Source: an uncultured delta proteobacterium
GTDB lineage: Bacteria > Desulfobacterota > Binatia > Bin18
Assembly: GCA_963733195.1 (NCBI GenBank)
Contig: CAVTCR010000065.1
Span: 78,010 to 142,009 of the forward strand
Reading direction: 5' to 3'
Length of the DNA stretch: 64,000 nucleotides
Below, piece after piece: positions 22,652 through 32,913 of this stretch. The translations under genes and the position numbers were made by a program. The notes under the pieces are model-generated. The model worked only from the letters and a program-made list of their open reading frames with translations. It was not told the DNA's origin and did no database searches. Numbering within the stretch: the first letter of the stretch is position 1; each line of letters opens with the position of its first letter.

Positions 22652-23433
22652 ATGGAGCTTGTCGAACGAGTGAGCGCTGCCTATGCGTGGCAGCGCGCCC
22701 TGGGCCACCAGGCCGTACAGGATTCCCTCTGCTGTATCGTGAGGGACCCTGAGCATCCAGATGTATGGGACGCTAATCACGTCAGTAGCGTGCGTGCAAG
22801 CGCAACGGCAGAAATCGACCAGGTGCTACAGCGGGGAGACGAGGCCCTGCCCATTGCCACCACCGTCTCTTTATCATCGATCCGCTCACCCCACCGGCGT
22901 TCGTGGCACGGCTGGCATTAGATGATTACCAGGAGCTGACACCTACGATTCAGCTCGTACTGGATGGCTCGTTGCGAGCCAAACCTCGAAGCATTGATCT
23001 TCGTCCGGTGATAACCGAGGCAGACTGGCAATCTCTTTCCATGCTCGTCCGACACAACCATGCCGAAGGAGCGAGTACCCAAGGCGTGAGTGTCCCTCCG
23101 GAAGTCACGCAAGGACTCGTCGCCAGCTATCGCAAGAAATGGCCAGCGTGTCAGTTTTTCCTGGTGCATGAGGACGGCGTAGACTGTGCCTATGGTGCTG
23201 GTGTGCTCTGTGCCAATGGGATGGGTATGGTTGAAGACTTGTTTACCCTGCCAGACTTTCGCAAGCGTGGCATTGCGACGGCGATCATCGCACAGGCGAT
23301 CTCTCATGTGCGCAGTCAAGGTGCAGAACAAATCTTGATCGGAGCCCTCGCGACCGAAGCGCTAAAACGGCTCTATGTCGCGCTCGGATTTATACCTATC
23401 TGTGTGACACGGGAATATATCAAGCATTTATGA
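22652..23433 (+). CDS. GNAT family acetyltransferase (frameshifted)
   Basis: GAGGAG RBS; VEDLFTLPDFRKRGIAT, LYVALGF. Confidence 0.8.
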
Positions 23434-23670
23434 CAAAGAATTCTTCGCAAGGTTGGAGTGGCGTTGATCGGCGACGCTGCAGCAACGTGCAACCCGAATC
23501 TCTGGCCAGGGACTTTCTCTCACCCTGCGTAGCGTTCGGCTCTTACGCCATCAGCTCCTCAATCATGAAAATTGAGACGTCGCTGAGCATGCGTCGCCGC
23601 CATTACCATGTGAGGCTGAATGTCGTATAGATTGTCTCTCGTGCATTACCGTGGTAATTGCCATAGCATT

Positions 23671-23931
23671 ATGACGATTGCACATTCAAAACTCACCGCT
23701 CAGGGACAAATCTCCGTACCAGTAGAAGTGCGGCGGAGACTGGGCATTGGTCCAGGGTCGGTACTGGAATGGGACGAAGACGATGGGCAGATCATTGTTC
23801 GTCGTGTGGGCCGCTACACTTCGGAGGAGGTGCATAAAGCGTTGTTCCCAGAATCGCCGAAGCCGCGGACGCTCGATGAGATGAAAGAAGGAGTACGACG
23901 ATATATGAAGGGGCGCTATGCGCGCCGTTGA
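23671..23931 (+). CDS. AbrB/MazE/SpoVT family antitoxin
   Basis: SKLTAQGQISVPVEVRRRLGIGPG; upstream near-palindrome ATTACCGTGGTAAT. Confidence 0.9.
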   Translation: MTIAHSKLTAQGQISVPVEVRRRLGIGPGSVLEWDEDDGQIIVRRVGRYTSEEVHKALFPESPKPRTLDEMKEGVRRYMKGRYARR

Positions 23932-24298
23932 CACCAACGTCTTGGTGCGGCTCGCGACACGGGACGATGCCAAGCAAGTGGCGGCAGCAGAGGCGTTCAT
24001 CGCTACAGGAGCATGGGTATCGCATCTCGTTCTGGTGGAGGCCATGTGGGTGTTGGCCTCGGTGTACGACCTTGGTCCAGCAGCCATTGCAACCGCAGTC
24101 GAGATGTTTCTCAACCACAGAGATCTCTCATTGCAAGATGCAGACGTAGTCGCGGCTGCGCTTGCGCATTTTCGCAAACGGCCCAAGCTCGGCTTCTCTG
24201 ATTGCCTAGTGCTGGAAGTGGCTCGGAAGGCTGGTCATGTGCCGCTCGGTACGTTTGACCACGAGCTGAGTAAACTCGATGGTGCACAGCGATTGTGA
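23918..24298 (+). CDS. vapC: VapC PIN-domain toxin
   Basis: AVDTNVLVR, VLVE, GFSDCL, TFD; overlaps the antitoxin. Confidence 0.9.
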   Translation: MRAVDTNVLVRLATRDDAKQVAAAEAFIATGAWVSHLVLVEAMWVLASVYDLGPAAIATAVEMFLNHRDLSLQDADVVAAALAHFRKRPKLGFSDCLVLEVARKAGHVPLGTFDHELSKLDGAQRL

Positions 24299-24343
24299 TT
24301 CTATCGGGAAAACGCACCAATTGATAAAGAAGGAGCGAGCAGG

Positions 24344-24486
24344 ATGAAGTTCTCCGAGATGGCAGCAGCAAGGCAAGAAGGACAAAGCCCGACAGATGTT
24401 GGCGGAGGTTTACAACTGGTTCACTGAGGGGTTTGTTACGAAGGATTTGCAGGATGCAAAAGCGCCTTCTCGATGAACTCCAATAG
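24344..24486 (+). pseudogene. Internally deleted AAA-TPR/cyclase family gene (start fused to C-terminus)
   Basis: MKFSE joined to [39 protein letters not shown]. Confidence 0.85.
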
Positions 24487-24510
24487 ACAACCAGAAAGGA
24501 TCGACAAGGT

Positions 24511-24798
24511 ATGACCCGTATCCATATCGAGTCCGACCAAAAAGAAACAGTTGCTACACTCGTGGGAAATTCGCTGGTGATGCAGCAAAAGCTGCTGCTG
24601 GCTGGACTCAGACGCACCAAGGCCCGACTTAAAGCCTTCGAGAAAGAATTTGGTCAATCCAGCCAGAAGTTCTACCGCGCCTACCAAGCAGGAACGATGG
24701 GAGACGAGGAAAAAATCATGGAATGGGCAGGGGAGTGGGAAACCTACCAAGAGCTGACAAGGGCTCTGGCGTTGCTGAAGGAAGCTGAAGTTTGTTGA
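24511..24798 (+). CDS. Small protein, probable antitoxin partner of the DUF6516 gene
   Basis: L.AFEKEFGQSSQKFY..YQAG.MGD...MEWAG pattern; overlaps the next ORF. Confidence 0.65.
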   Translation: MTRIHIESDQKETVATLVGNSLVMQQKLLLAGLRRTKARLKAFEKEFGQSSQKFYRAYQAGTMGDEEKIMEWAGEWETYQELTRALALLKEAEVC

Positions 24799-25193
24799 TC
24801 GACCAGTACTTTGTTCGTCTGGAGCAGACGCTTGCTTCTCACCCTCATGTGGTGCAGACGACCCTTATTAAGGACAAACGTGCTCCTCACATTGGTTTTG
24901 TGAAGGGGACCATCCTGTTTTCCCAAGGAATTCAGCTCTCCCTGATGGAATTCGTTCAGACCGAACCGCGACTGGTGAAGACCAAGTACCGCTATCACTG
25001 CCAAGATGCCAAGGGGAAACTCCTGTTCCGGTACGACAATGCTCCTCATCACCAGACCAGCACGTTCCCGCACCATAAGCATATACGGATGGGCGCCAAG
25101 GGAGAAACAATCGGTGCCAGCTCGCCCCCTTCGATAGAGGTTCTCTTGGATGAGGTCGTAGACCTTCTAGAGCAAGAAACTCACGATTCTTGA
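24792..25193 (+). CDS. DUF6516 (TumE-like) putative toxin
   Basis: KYRYH.QD..G.LLFRYDNAPHH..STFPHHKH. Confidence 0.8.
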   Translation: MLIDQYFVRLEQTLASHPHVVQTTLIKDKRAPHIGFVKGTILFSQGIQLSLMEFVQTEPRLVKTKYRYHCQDAKGKLLFRYDNAPHHQTSTFPHHKHIRMGAKGETIGASSPPSIEVLLDEVVDLLEQETHDS

Positions 25194-25347
25194 AAGGAGG
25201 GATGTCAGCTAATCTCTGTTGCGCCATTACATCGCACCACGAGCAAACAATGTCATAAACCCTAATCACAATACTATAGGAGTTGCTCATGAAGCTCGCA
25301 CGCTTCACCAAAGAGCATGAAAATCTATTTTCATGGGAGGGACCTAT

Positions 25348-26408
25348 ATGAAAGCACTGGCCTTTTTAGGCATTGGGAAAGTTGGCATCGTTGAGAAGCC
25401 TATTCCCGGACCCGGGGCCGAATGACGCAGTCATTAAAACTACGGCGTGCATTGATCTGCACGTCAGATGTCCATATGGTGCGCGGTGTTATTCCGCCTG
25501 CCGGAAGGACGTGGGCTCGGGCACGAAAGCGTTGGCATTGTCTATAAAGCGGGTGCGAATTTCTCGCGTTGTAAAGAAGGCGATCGCGTCACGGTTTGCG
25601 CCATCACGCCATGTGGTAAATGCAAGGATTGTCAGCGTGGCTTTCCCTCACAGTGTGGCGGAGTCATGCTCGGCGGGATACAAGTTCACGACCCAACGTG
25701 AGGGAAATATGGCGGAATACTTTTTCGGTCAATGATGCTAACTACAATCTGACGCCAATTCCGAAGACCCTCACTGACGAACAAGCCTTGTACATAACGG
25801 ACATGCTGACCACTGGATTAGCGGGCGCGGAGAATGCTGAGATCCCTCCTGGTGGGACTGTCGCAGTTTTTGCCCAAGGGCCAGTTGGTTTGTGTGCGAC
25901 GATGATGGCGAGGCTGTTGGGCGCGGGCTTCGTGATCGCTGTTGAATCAAAACCTGATCGCAAAGCGTTCGCGCAGAAAGTTGGGGCTGATGTAGTGGTT
26001 GATCCCAGTCAAGGTGATGTGGTCGAACAGATTAGACAACTGACTGGTGGGGAAGGCGTGGATTCTGCCATTGAGGCGCTCGGTCATCCGGTAACGTTCG
26101 AGAATTGCCTCAAGGTGACACGCCCAGGCGGGGTGATTTCCAACATTGGCTTTCATGGCGAGGAGGGCAATACCTTGAGTATTCCACTACCCGAGTTCGG
26201 CCTCGGCATGGGCGACAAGAAGATTCGCACGGCGCTCTGCCCAGGCGGGCGCGAGCGCATGAGCCGTCTCTTACGGCTGCTGGAAAACGGGCGCGTCGAT
26301 CCTACCCCGCTCACGACACATCGGTTCCCGTTCACTCAGGTCGAGCGCGCGTTTCATATGATGGAGACAAAGGAAGATAACATCATCAAGCCACTGATTA
26401 CGTTTTAG
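25348..26408 (+). CDS. Zn-dependent alcohol dehydrogenase (frameshifted)
   Basis: ICTSDVH, LGHESVG, CGKCKDC..G..SQC, DMLTTG, AQGPVGL, IIKPLITF. Confidence 0.88.
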
Positions 26409-26501
26409 ATGGCAGGTCAGCGCAGAAACTTGCATCGACGGATACATCTCTGGTAACCAAAAGAGTGGCACCCACCGCTTGATAAAGAGGGAGCGAGCAG
26501 G

Positions 26502-27033
26502 ATGAAGTTTTCCGAAATGGTCGATCAAGCCAGGGAGTTTCTGCAACGCAGAGAACGCGTTTCGTATAGGGTGCTGAAACGCGAATTCGACCTGGATGAC
26601 GAGTCACTCGAAGATCTGAAAGCGGAACTGATCGATGCCCAGCGCAGCGCCGTCGATGAAGATGGGAAAGTGTTCGTCTGGGCAAACAGTTTAGCGTCTA
26701 GTGTCCAGAGTCTAGGGTCTGGAGTCCGAACAAATCAGAGAGGGTAAAGAGCAAAAATCAAAAGTCAGAAAATACCGATCCCCGACCCCTAACCCCCGAT
26801 CCCCAAAGCCGAAGCCGAGATGTGTTTCCTCAAAGCTATAGAGATCTCAGAAGCAACAGGCCAAGTCGCTCGAACTCCGTGCGTCAACCAGCCTTGCGCG
26901 TCTGTGGCAGCAGCAAGGCAAGAAGGACGAAGCCCGACAGATACTGGCGGAGATTTACAACTGGTTCACCGAAGGATTTGATACGAAAGACTTGCAAGAG
27001 GCGAGGACGTTGTTGGACGAGTTGAAAGGTTAG
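26502..27033 (+). pseudogene. Second internally deleted cyclase/AAA-TPR family gene
   Basis: MKFSEMVDQAREFLQRRERVSYRVLKREFDLDD.. then a heptamer linker, then [31 protein letters not shown]. Confidence 0.8.
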
Positions 27034-27054
27034 CAACCAGATTCATACCGCTGG

Positions 27055-27654
27055 CTACTGCAGCTTGTCCAGTTCGCGTAAATACTCGGCAGTAGATGGG
27101 AGCCCACCAAGAGAACCGGTGGTGTGCACGTAGCGAATCAGACCGGCTTTATCAATGAGAAAGACCGCCTGTTGTTCCATATCTGTCAAACCGTAACGTT
27201 TCATAGGAACCATAGGAAAAGCGGTCTTTTCACCACGGAACAAGCGATCACTCACCATCGCCACCATACCGCTAGCCATCTCAGCGGTACGCTCTCCGAT
27301 TCCCACGCGCACGATACTCACTCCATAAAGAGGGTATACGGCTCGGTCGGCATCACACAAATAGGGGAACGAGAGCGGATATTGACGGAAGTATAATTGA
27401 GCCTCCGGCTGAGTGCTCCAGGTGACCTGTAGGATCTCGGTGTTTCGCTCCTGGAGTTCGCGATATCCAAAGCGCAGCTGTGTCATGTACCGCCGACAGA
27501 ATGGGCAAAAGAGCCCCTTCGATAACCACAAGAGTACGTTGCGTTGTCCGCGGTAATCTTCTAGCGCGATGTCAGGTCCCTGAGCCGAAGCGAGACAGAA
27601 GTTAGGAGCTAACGTGCCAACAGAGAGGACACCAGTTGTCTCTTGTTGCTCCAT
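27055..27654 (-). CDS. AhpC/TSA peroxiredoxin-like redoxin
   Basis: VGTLAPNF.L, FCPFC, FLIDKAG.IRY. Confidence 0.8.
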   Translation of the reverse strand: MEQQETTGVLSVGTLAPNFCLASAQGPDIALEDYRGQRNVLLWLSKGLFCPFCRRYMTQLRFGYRELQERNTEILQVTWSTQPEAQLYFRQYPLSFPYLCDADRAVYPLYGVSIVRVGIGERTAEMASGMVAMVSDRLFRGEKTAFPMVPMKRYGLTDMEQQAVFLIDKAGLIRYVHTTGSLGGLPSTAEYLRELDKLQ

Positions 27655-27684
27655 CTTTATCCTCCCCTTTTCCCAGCCGTTCTC

Positions 27685-30600
27685 TCAACAGAGGAACGGT
27701 AGCATGATCAACGTGTCCGGCGAATAGCCGGTTTTCTGACAAATCTCCTGACCCTTTGCCAGGTATTCCTCGGCTTTGACCGTGTCTCCTCGGGCAAGGG
27801 AGAGCGTAGCCAGCCCGTCGTAACATGGAAACAGTTGCTGTGGTTCACCAACCTCTTCGGCAATGGCGCATGCCTCCAAATAATAACGCTCACTTTCGTC
27901 CAGGCGATCCTGGCATTGATAGATCTGCGCTAGCAAGATCAACGGAATCGGCAGATGGTTGCGTTGGCCAAGTTGCTGATCGAGCGCGATAGAAGCCTCG
28001 GCCGCTTCGATTCCTTGGGAGCAATCTCCTACCAGCGAACAGAAGCTGCTAGCCACGCTAGCGTGGAGCCAAGATTGTTGAGAAAGGTCTCCGATCTTCT
28101 TGGCCAACGCTAGACCTTCGTGACAGTAGGACAACGCCTGTTCCCGATCAATTGCCGCCAGCAGCATTCCTAAGTTCGTGTAGGCTCGGCAGGCGGCCGC
28201 GAGATAGTCGTGCTGCAAAGCAACCTGCAGGCTCTGTTCGACTTTGGCGATTCCTTCTTCCAATTCGCCCCGACGGGCGAGAGAGATCCCGAGCGTATTG
28301 AAGGCGTGGGAGAGGACCTCTGGCGCACTGAGTCGTTGTCCCGCCTCTAAAGCTTTTTGCGCCCACACGATCGCTTGTTGATCATCGCCGCTGCGGAAGT
28401 GAAGACGACCCATCTCGTGATATAAGAGTGCCGCCTCACTGTTTTCCGGCTGTTCAGCGAGGAGATCAAGGCCGTGCTGAAAATACGCAATGGCCTTTTC
28501 TCGATTGCCCTGTCCCCACCAGTGCAGGCCGATCTTCCGATGCACAGCCGCTAAGCGTTCCTTCTGCCCTAATGTTTCATAACGTGCCAAGGCAGCCTGC
28601 CAGAATTCCAAAGCAGCCTCTGGCTCTCCCAAGGAGTCGTGAGTGTCGGCCAGCTTTTCCAGGACTTCTGCTTTGAGCTCGGGCTGGTCGTCCTGTTGCG
28701 CAAGCAGCTCCAGGGCGCGGCGATAACAACCGACAGCGTCCAGATTGGCATACATCCTGGCGGCGCTATCCCCAAAACGCAGGAGATACTGGAGAGCCCG
28801 CACTCGATCGTCACTCCGACTATAATGATGCGCGAGTTGAGGAAGATATTTATCGAGATGCTGGGCATAGAGACGTTCCATAGCCTCAGCGCTTTGCTTA
28901 TGGAGGAGTGCGCGACGTTTTCGCAACAGGCTGTTATACGCCACTTCTTGAATCAGCGTATTGCGAAAACGATATTCAGTCGGCTGTCCAGCAGTTCCGG
29001 GGATTTCGCTCAGGAGATCAGCACGGAGTAACGTTTCCAAATGGGTTTGTAGTTCTTGGGGTCGAGTGGCGATCTGTCGGAGCAGTGCAAGCTCAAAGTT
29101 GGTCCCGATCACAGCGGCTTCTAGCAGAAGCTGCTTCGCTGCCGCTTCTAGACTATCTAAGCGGGAGAGAACAACCCCCTGAACTGTGGTGGGAACCTCC
29201 AGGTTTGTCAAATCTCCGGAGAAACGAGTCCCTTCAGCAGTCTTCTGGAGAATACCGGTGTCAATGAGTGAGTGGACCGCTTCTTCCAGAAAGAAGGGAT
29301 TCCCAGCAGCGCGACGGGTCAGCAAATCTCGTAGGGTAGGTTGGAAAGGTGAGACCAACGGACCAATCAACGCTTCTAAGAGAGCTTCGCTGTCCTCCGC
29401 AGTCAACGGTTGGAGATGGATGTTCGTTGAGTCCACTTTGGCGCCATACATCACGCTTATCTGTGCCGTCGGCCTGGCTACGAGGAGCAAGAGCAGTGGA
29501 CGGTCAGAAACTCGATCAACCAAGGAACGGAGCAGTTCCACAGAAGCGGCATCGGCCCATTGGAAGTCTTCTACAACCAGAACGACAGGGCGCTGTTCAC
29601 ACTGGCACTGGCAAATCTCTTTCATAGCCAAGAAGAGTTGGCGTTTGAGCTGTTCAGGATCAAGATGCTCAAAGTGCAGCTCTTTCGCCGCAAAACCGAG
29701 CAGGTTCTCCACTACCGGGATGATCGGTTCACTCGGAGCGCCTATTGCCTGTAGGATCGTTGCAATTTTGTCTCTGGCCTGTGTCGCGCTATCTTCCGGC
29801 GTGAGGGCGAAGCATGTCCGAAAGAAGTCGATCAGAACGTGATAAGCTTCACTTCCCAAAGCTGAACACACGGTCTGATACACAGTGATCTGGTTCAGCA
29901 GACCGTCGGTGCTCAATTGGTGAAGGAACTCAGCCAAGAGCCGAGATTTCCCGATACCGGCTTCGCCAATGAGACTGACTACCTGAGTCCTTCCCTTACG
30001 GGCCCGTGCGAATAACTCCATGAGTTGCCGCAGTTCCTCATCACGTCCGATCAAGGGAGATCTCAGTAATTCAGCTTCCAGGATAGAAGCGCGCCCCACC
30101 CTGGGGCCGATCACCTCAAAGGCCTGAGTCGGCTGTGCCTTCCCTTTTAACGAAACCGCACCCAAGGGGCGACAGTCAAAGGATTTGCGGATGAATCGAT
30201 GCGTCTCCTCACTAATAGTCACCTGTCCCGGCGCTCCAATCTGCTGCATCCGAGCTGCCACATTGACCGCATCTCCAACGACCCCGTAGTCTTTTCCTTC
30301 GCCCACCGTGCCAGCAACCACCAAGCCGGTATTGATGCCGATGCGCATGGTGAGCGCTCCAGCAGTCGCACCACTTGTGCTGGTCCGTATCTGCTGCAAC
30401 CGGACTTGCATGCCTAATGCCGCTCTCACTGCTCGCTCAGGATCATCTTCGTGGGCAACTGGTGCGCCGAAGACAGCCAAAATAGCATCACCGATGAATT
30501 TCTCGATGAAGCCACCGTAGTGACGGATTTCCTCGGCTAGCGTTTGGAAGCAGCCCATCATCAGGCTTCTGAGTTCCTCTGGGTCGAGCTGTTCAGCCAG

Positions 30601-30909
30601 ACTGGTGAAACCCACGACGTCAGCAAACAATACTGTGACTGGCCGCCGTTCCGCCTCGACAACTATCGGGTGCGTACCTGCGACAGAAGCTATCTCTGTC
30701 TGTTGAACTGTAGGATGATGAACAGGAGCCGAGCGTTCGGGTGTCGTCGCACTTCTTGGCGAAATCCCCGTGCCGCACTTGGGGCAATAAAGAAACTCCA
30801 AAGGACAAACGTAGCCACACTGTGGACAGTCCCGGCTCAGCTTATTGCCGCACTTGGGGCAGAACTGAAAGTCCGCTGCAACTTCGAATTGGCAAGTAGG
30901 ACAAGACAT
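27685..30909 (-). CDS. Double zinc-ribbon + class III adenylate/guanylate cyclase + AAA ATPase + TPR protein
   Basis: Four CxxC motifs, ERRPVTVLFADVVGFT, KFIGDA, GDAVNVAAR, GEAGIGKSRL, TPR-like C-terminus; intact ORF. Confidence 0.92.
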   Translation of the reverse strand: MSCPTCQFEVAADFQFCPKCGNKLSRDCPQCGYVCPLEFLYCPKCGTGISPRSATTPERSAPVHHPTVQQTEIASVAGTHPIVVEAERRPVTVLFADVVGFTSLAEQLDPEELRSLMMGCFQTLAEEIRHYGGFIEKFIGDAILAVFGAPVAHEDDPERAVRAALGMQVRLQQIRTSTSGATAGALTMRIGINTGLVVAGTVGEGKDYGVVGDAVNVAARMQQIGAPGQVTISEETHRFIRKSFDCRPLGAVSLKGKAQPTQAFEVIGPRVGRASILEAELLRSPLIGRDEELRQLMELFARARKGRTQVVSLIGEAGIGKSRLLAEFLHQLSTDGLLNQITVYQTVCSALGSEAYHVLIDFFRTCFALTPEDSATQARDKIATILQAIGAPSEPIIPVVENLLGFAAKELHFEHLDPEQLKRQLFLAMKEICQCQCEQRPVVLVVEDFQWADAASVELLRSLVDRVSDRPLLLLLVARPTAQISVMYGAKVDSTNIHLQPLTAEDSEALLEALIGPLVSPFQPTLRDLLTRRAAGNPFFLEEAVHSLIDTGILQKTAEGTRFSGDLTNLEVPTTVQGVVLSRLDSLEAAAKQLLLEAAVIGTNFELALLRQIATRPQELQTHLETLLRADLLSEIPGTAGQPTEYRFRNTLIQEVAYNSLLRKRRALLHKQSAEAMERLYAQHLDKYLPQLAHHYSRSDDRVRALQYLLRFGDSAARMYANLDAVGCYRRALELLAQQDDQPELKAEVLEKLADTHDSLGEPEAALEFWQAALARYETLGQKERLAAVHRKIGLHWWGQGNREKAIAYFQHGLDLLAEQPENSEAALLYHEMGRLHFRSGDDQQAIVWAQKALEAGQRLSAPEVLSHAFNTLGISLARRGELEEGIAKVEQSLQVALQHDYLAAACRAYTNLGMLLAAIDREQALSYCHEGLALAKKIGDLSQQSWLHASVASSFCSLVGDCSQGIEAAEASIALDQQLGQRNHLPIPLILLAQIYQCQDRLDESERYYLEACAIAEEVGEPQQLFPCYDGLATLSLARGDTVKAEEYLAKGQEICQKTGYSPDTLIMLPFLC

Positions 30910-31213
30910 TTTGTAAGCTCTTAGCTGCTCAGCTAGCAGCAACACGAAGAAAATTTCTCGATTTCCTCAGTTGTCTAGTTTGGCAATAGCAGGTCGAGGC
31001 TCATCTTTCCATGTCTTTGCTAAGAGCTGAGGGCTGAAAGTTGAATACAAAGCTGATATTACCTGAGTTCGGCTTCGTCGCTCCGATCTGGAAATACAAC
31101 GGATTATTGACAGTGTGCTGCCGCTCGATGACTCGCAATGCGCGTCAGGAATGGGGTTGGGAGCCCACGTATACACTAGTATTTCATCTCATTGATTCGG
31201 ATGGGTCTGATTT

Positions 31214-31311
31214 CGTCATGCCAGCGAAAGCTGGCATCCAGGAGCATACTGCACTGGCCTCTGGTTCTGCCTCCTGGATTCCGGGTCTCGCGCTGCTCGC
31301 CCGGAATGACG
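31214..31311. repeat. GTCAT...ATCCA / TGGAT...ATGAC-type REP doublet
   Basis: cgtcatgccagcgaaagctggcatccagga ... tcctggattccggg...cccggaatgacg; a half copy lies at ~18186-18210. Confidence 0.75.
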
Positions 31312-31423
31312 CCGCCTCACCCCTCAAATCCATTGGGATGGAATACTAGAGCGCATGGTGGAAGATTTTCTCGACAAACTACGGACGTATCCGCAGCCGC
31401 TGCCAAATGGTGATGTCTGAGCG

Positions 31424-31500
31424 TTGTCCAGATTGTCCCTTGTACACTACCGTGGTAATTGCCGTAGCCTTATGACGATTGCGCATTCAAAACTCACCGC
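31424..31500 (+). pseudogene. Truncated copy of the AbrB antitoxin promoter and first codons
   Basis: Near-identical to 23621-23699; encodes MTIAHSKLTA and then diverges. Confidence 0.8.
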
Positions 31501-31604
31501 ACCTGAAAATATCGATATTTAATGAAAACTCTTGTTCTTGATACTCATTTATCAATGCCGCCGCCACACGCTATCCATCAAATCTCAATTGACTGCCTCT
31601 AATC

Positions 31605-31643
31605 TTACAGTTCTTCAATCAGCACTTTCGCCTCCTGTAAACC
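31605..31643 (-). pseudogene. Short C-terminal remnant of an AAA-TPR family gene
   Basis: GLQEAKVLIEEL*, abutting the amidase stop codon. Confidence 0.6.
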
Positions 31644-32331
31644 TTATCCAAGACAGGACGACGACTTTTTCCGTGTGGCACGAATCTTATCCGCCGGGAC
31701 AGCTGCGCTGACTAACCGATGAAACGGTTGCGCTTCGTGGGCTGTAGAGAGAACCAGAGATTGAAATCTATCCCATGGAAAATGTATCCCTGGATCAACG
31801 CGACGCTTGGGATCAAGTCTAGCGTGTGACACGATGTGACGCAGATTGGGATACTTGGCCCAACAGTAACGCACAATCTGTGCTGTGATCATGATTTGCC
31901 AGTCAGAAAACGCGTCAGTGCCTGCTTGGATATTCACAAGCTCGATGCCAAGCGACCAATGATTCACGCGATCTTTTCCGCCATTTACAGCGGGGTGTGA
32001 TTTATCGTTGCGCACATGCCAGGCGGCGAGTGCTTCTGGTGCACAGGCCCAGACGAGTTGCCCGTGTTGAGGCTCGTCTTCATCTGGCACTAACCAATGG
32101 AAACTGGCCGTGCCAGCCTTCATGACCGAGACCGCTCCGGCCGAGTTCCCTCCGGCTGTGGCGTGGATAACAATCGCACGAATGCCATTAATCGGATGGA
32201 CCGAACGTTTCGTGGTACAGACTGACCAGAAATCGCGAATACCAGGGTACCAGGTTTCTGGGAGGTTCACGTCCGTTGGTCGGCCAGTGGTGGGAAGATC
32301 GAATTGATAGGTTTTCGGGATCGTTTGGCAT
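31644..32331 (-). CDS. N-acetylmuramoyl-L-alanine amidase (Amidase_2); probable start 32331 with one frameshift
   Basis: AIVIHAT, ASFHWLV, AWHV, N..SLGIE, IVSH..LDP.R..DPG..FPW. Confidence 0.88.
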
Positions 32332-32465
32332 AGCGGTTGTCCTTTCCGATGGTGTCATTCTGCTTGTGGTTGGTGTGCCCAACGGGGACGGTTGCCGAAT
32401 GCTCTCTTAAATGCCTGTGGAGGTCGTAATGTAAAAGGCTGACAGGTTATCCTATTTCCCGCAGC

Positions 32466-32675
32466 TTATTCCTTCTTTGTCGATTGCCTGACCTTCTGGC
32501 CATGTGGCCGTAGCCCTGCCCAACGAAGTAGCTCTGCCCCTACCAATGAACGATGTTCGCTGTGGCCTATCGGCGGAATGGGAGTGCCGAAGCGAAGCCA
32601 AGTATTGAGGGCTTCGTAGTTGACGAATACCGCTCCCCGCTTAACTGGGTCTCTTGTTTCTTCTCTGTCTCTCAT
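32466..32675 (-). CDS. Small hypothetical protein
   Basis: Purine-rich RBS and the conserved motif directly upstream. Confidence 0.5.
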   Translation of the reverse strand: MRDREETRDPVKRGAVFVNYEALNTWLRFGTPIPPIGHSEHRSLVGAELLRWAGLRPHGQKVRQSTKKE

Positions 32676-32698
32676 GAATTCCCCCTTACCTCATTCTA

Positions 32699-32739
32699 CG
32701 TAAAAAAGGTCAGAACAGATTGTTCATTTGGGATGAACA
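32699..32739 (-). promoter_or_regulatory. Conserved upstream motif, copy 2
   Basis: Plus strand CGTAA-aaaaggtc-AGAACA-gat-TGTTCA-tttggga-TGAACA. Confidence 0.7.
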
Positions 32740-32913
32740 AATGTCAGGTCTTCCGGTGTAGTTGCCGGGTGAAGCAGAGGGAGAAGGTGTCGTGCCCTTG
32801 CTCTTTACCCTCATCAGTGACTACCCGAGGATCCGTATGGCAAAGATGTCGAGTGCCCGCGTGGTACTCAGTGCCCCCTATGTTCATTCGCACTGAACGC
32901 ATGACGACCGCAG

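Noticed and set aside
21157-27033. Integron cassette array
   Set aside because: No integrase, and no attC-like RYYYAAC...GTTRRRY sites identified between the genes
31644-32331. Prophage lysis module
   Set aside because: Lone amidase; no holin, structural or integrase genes nearby
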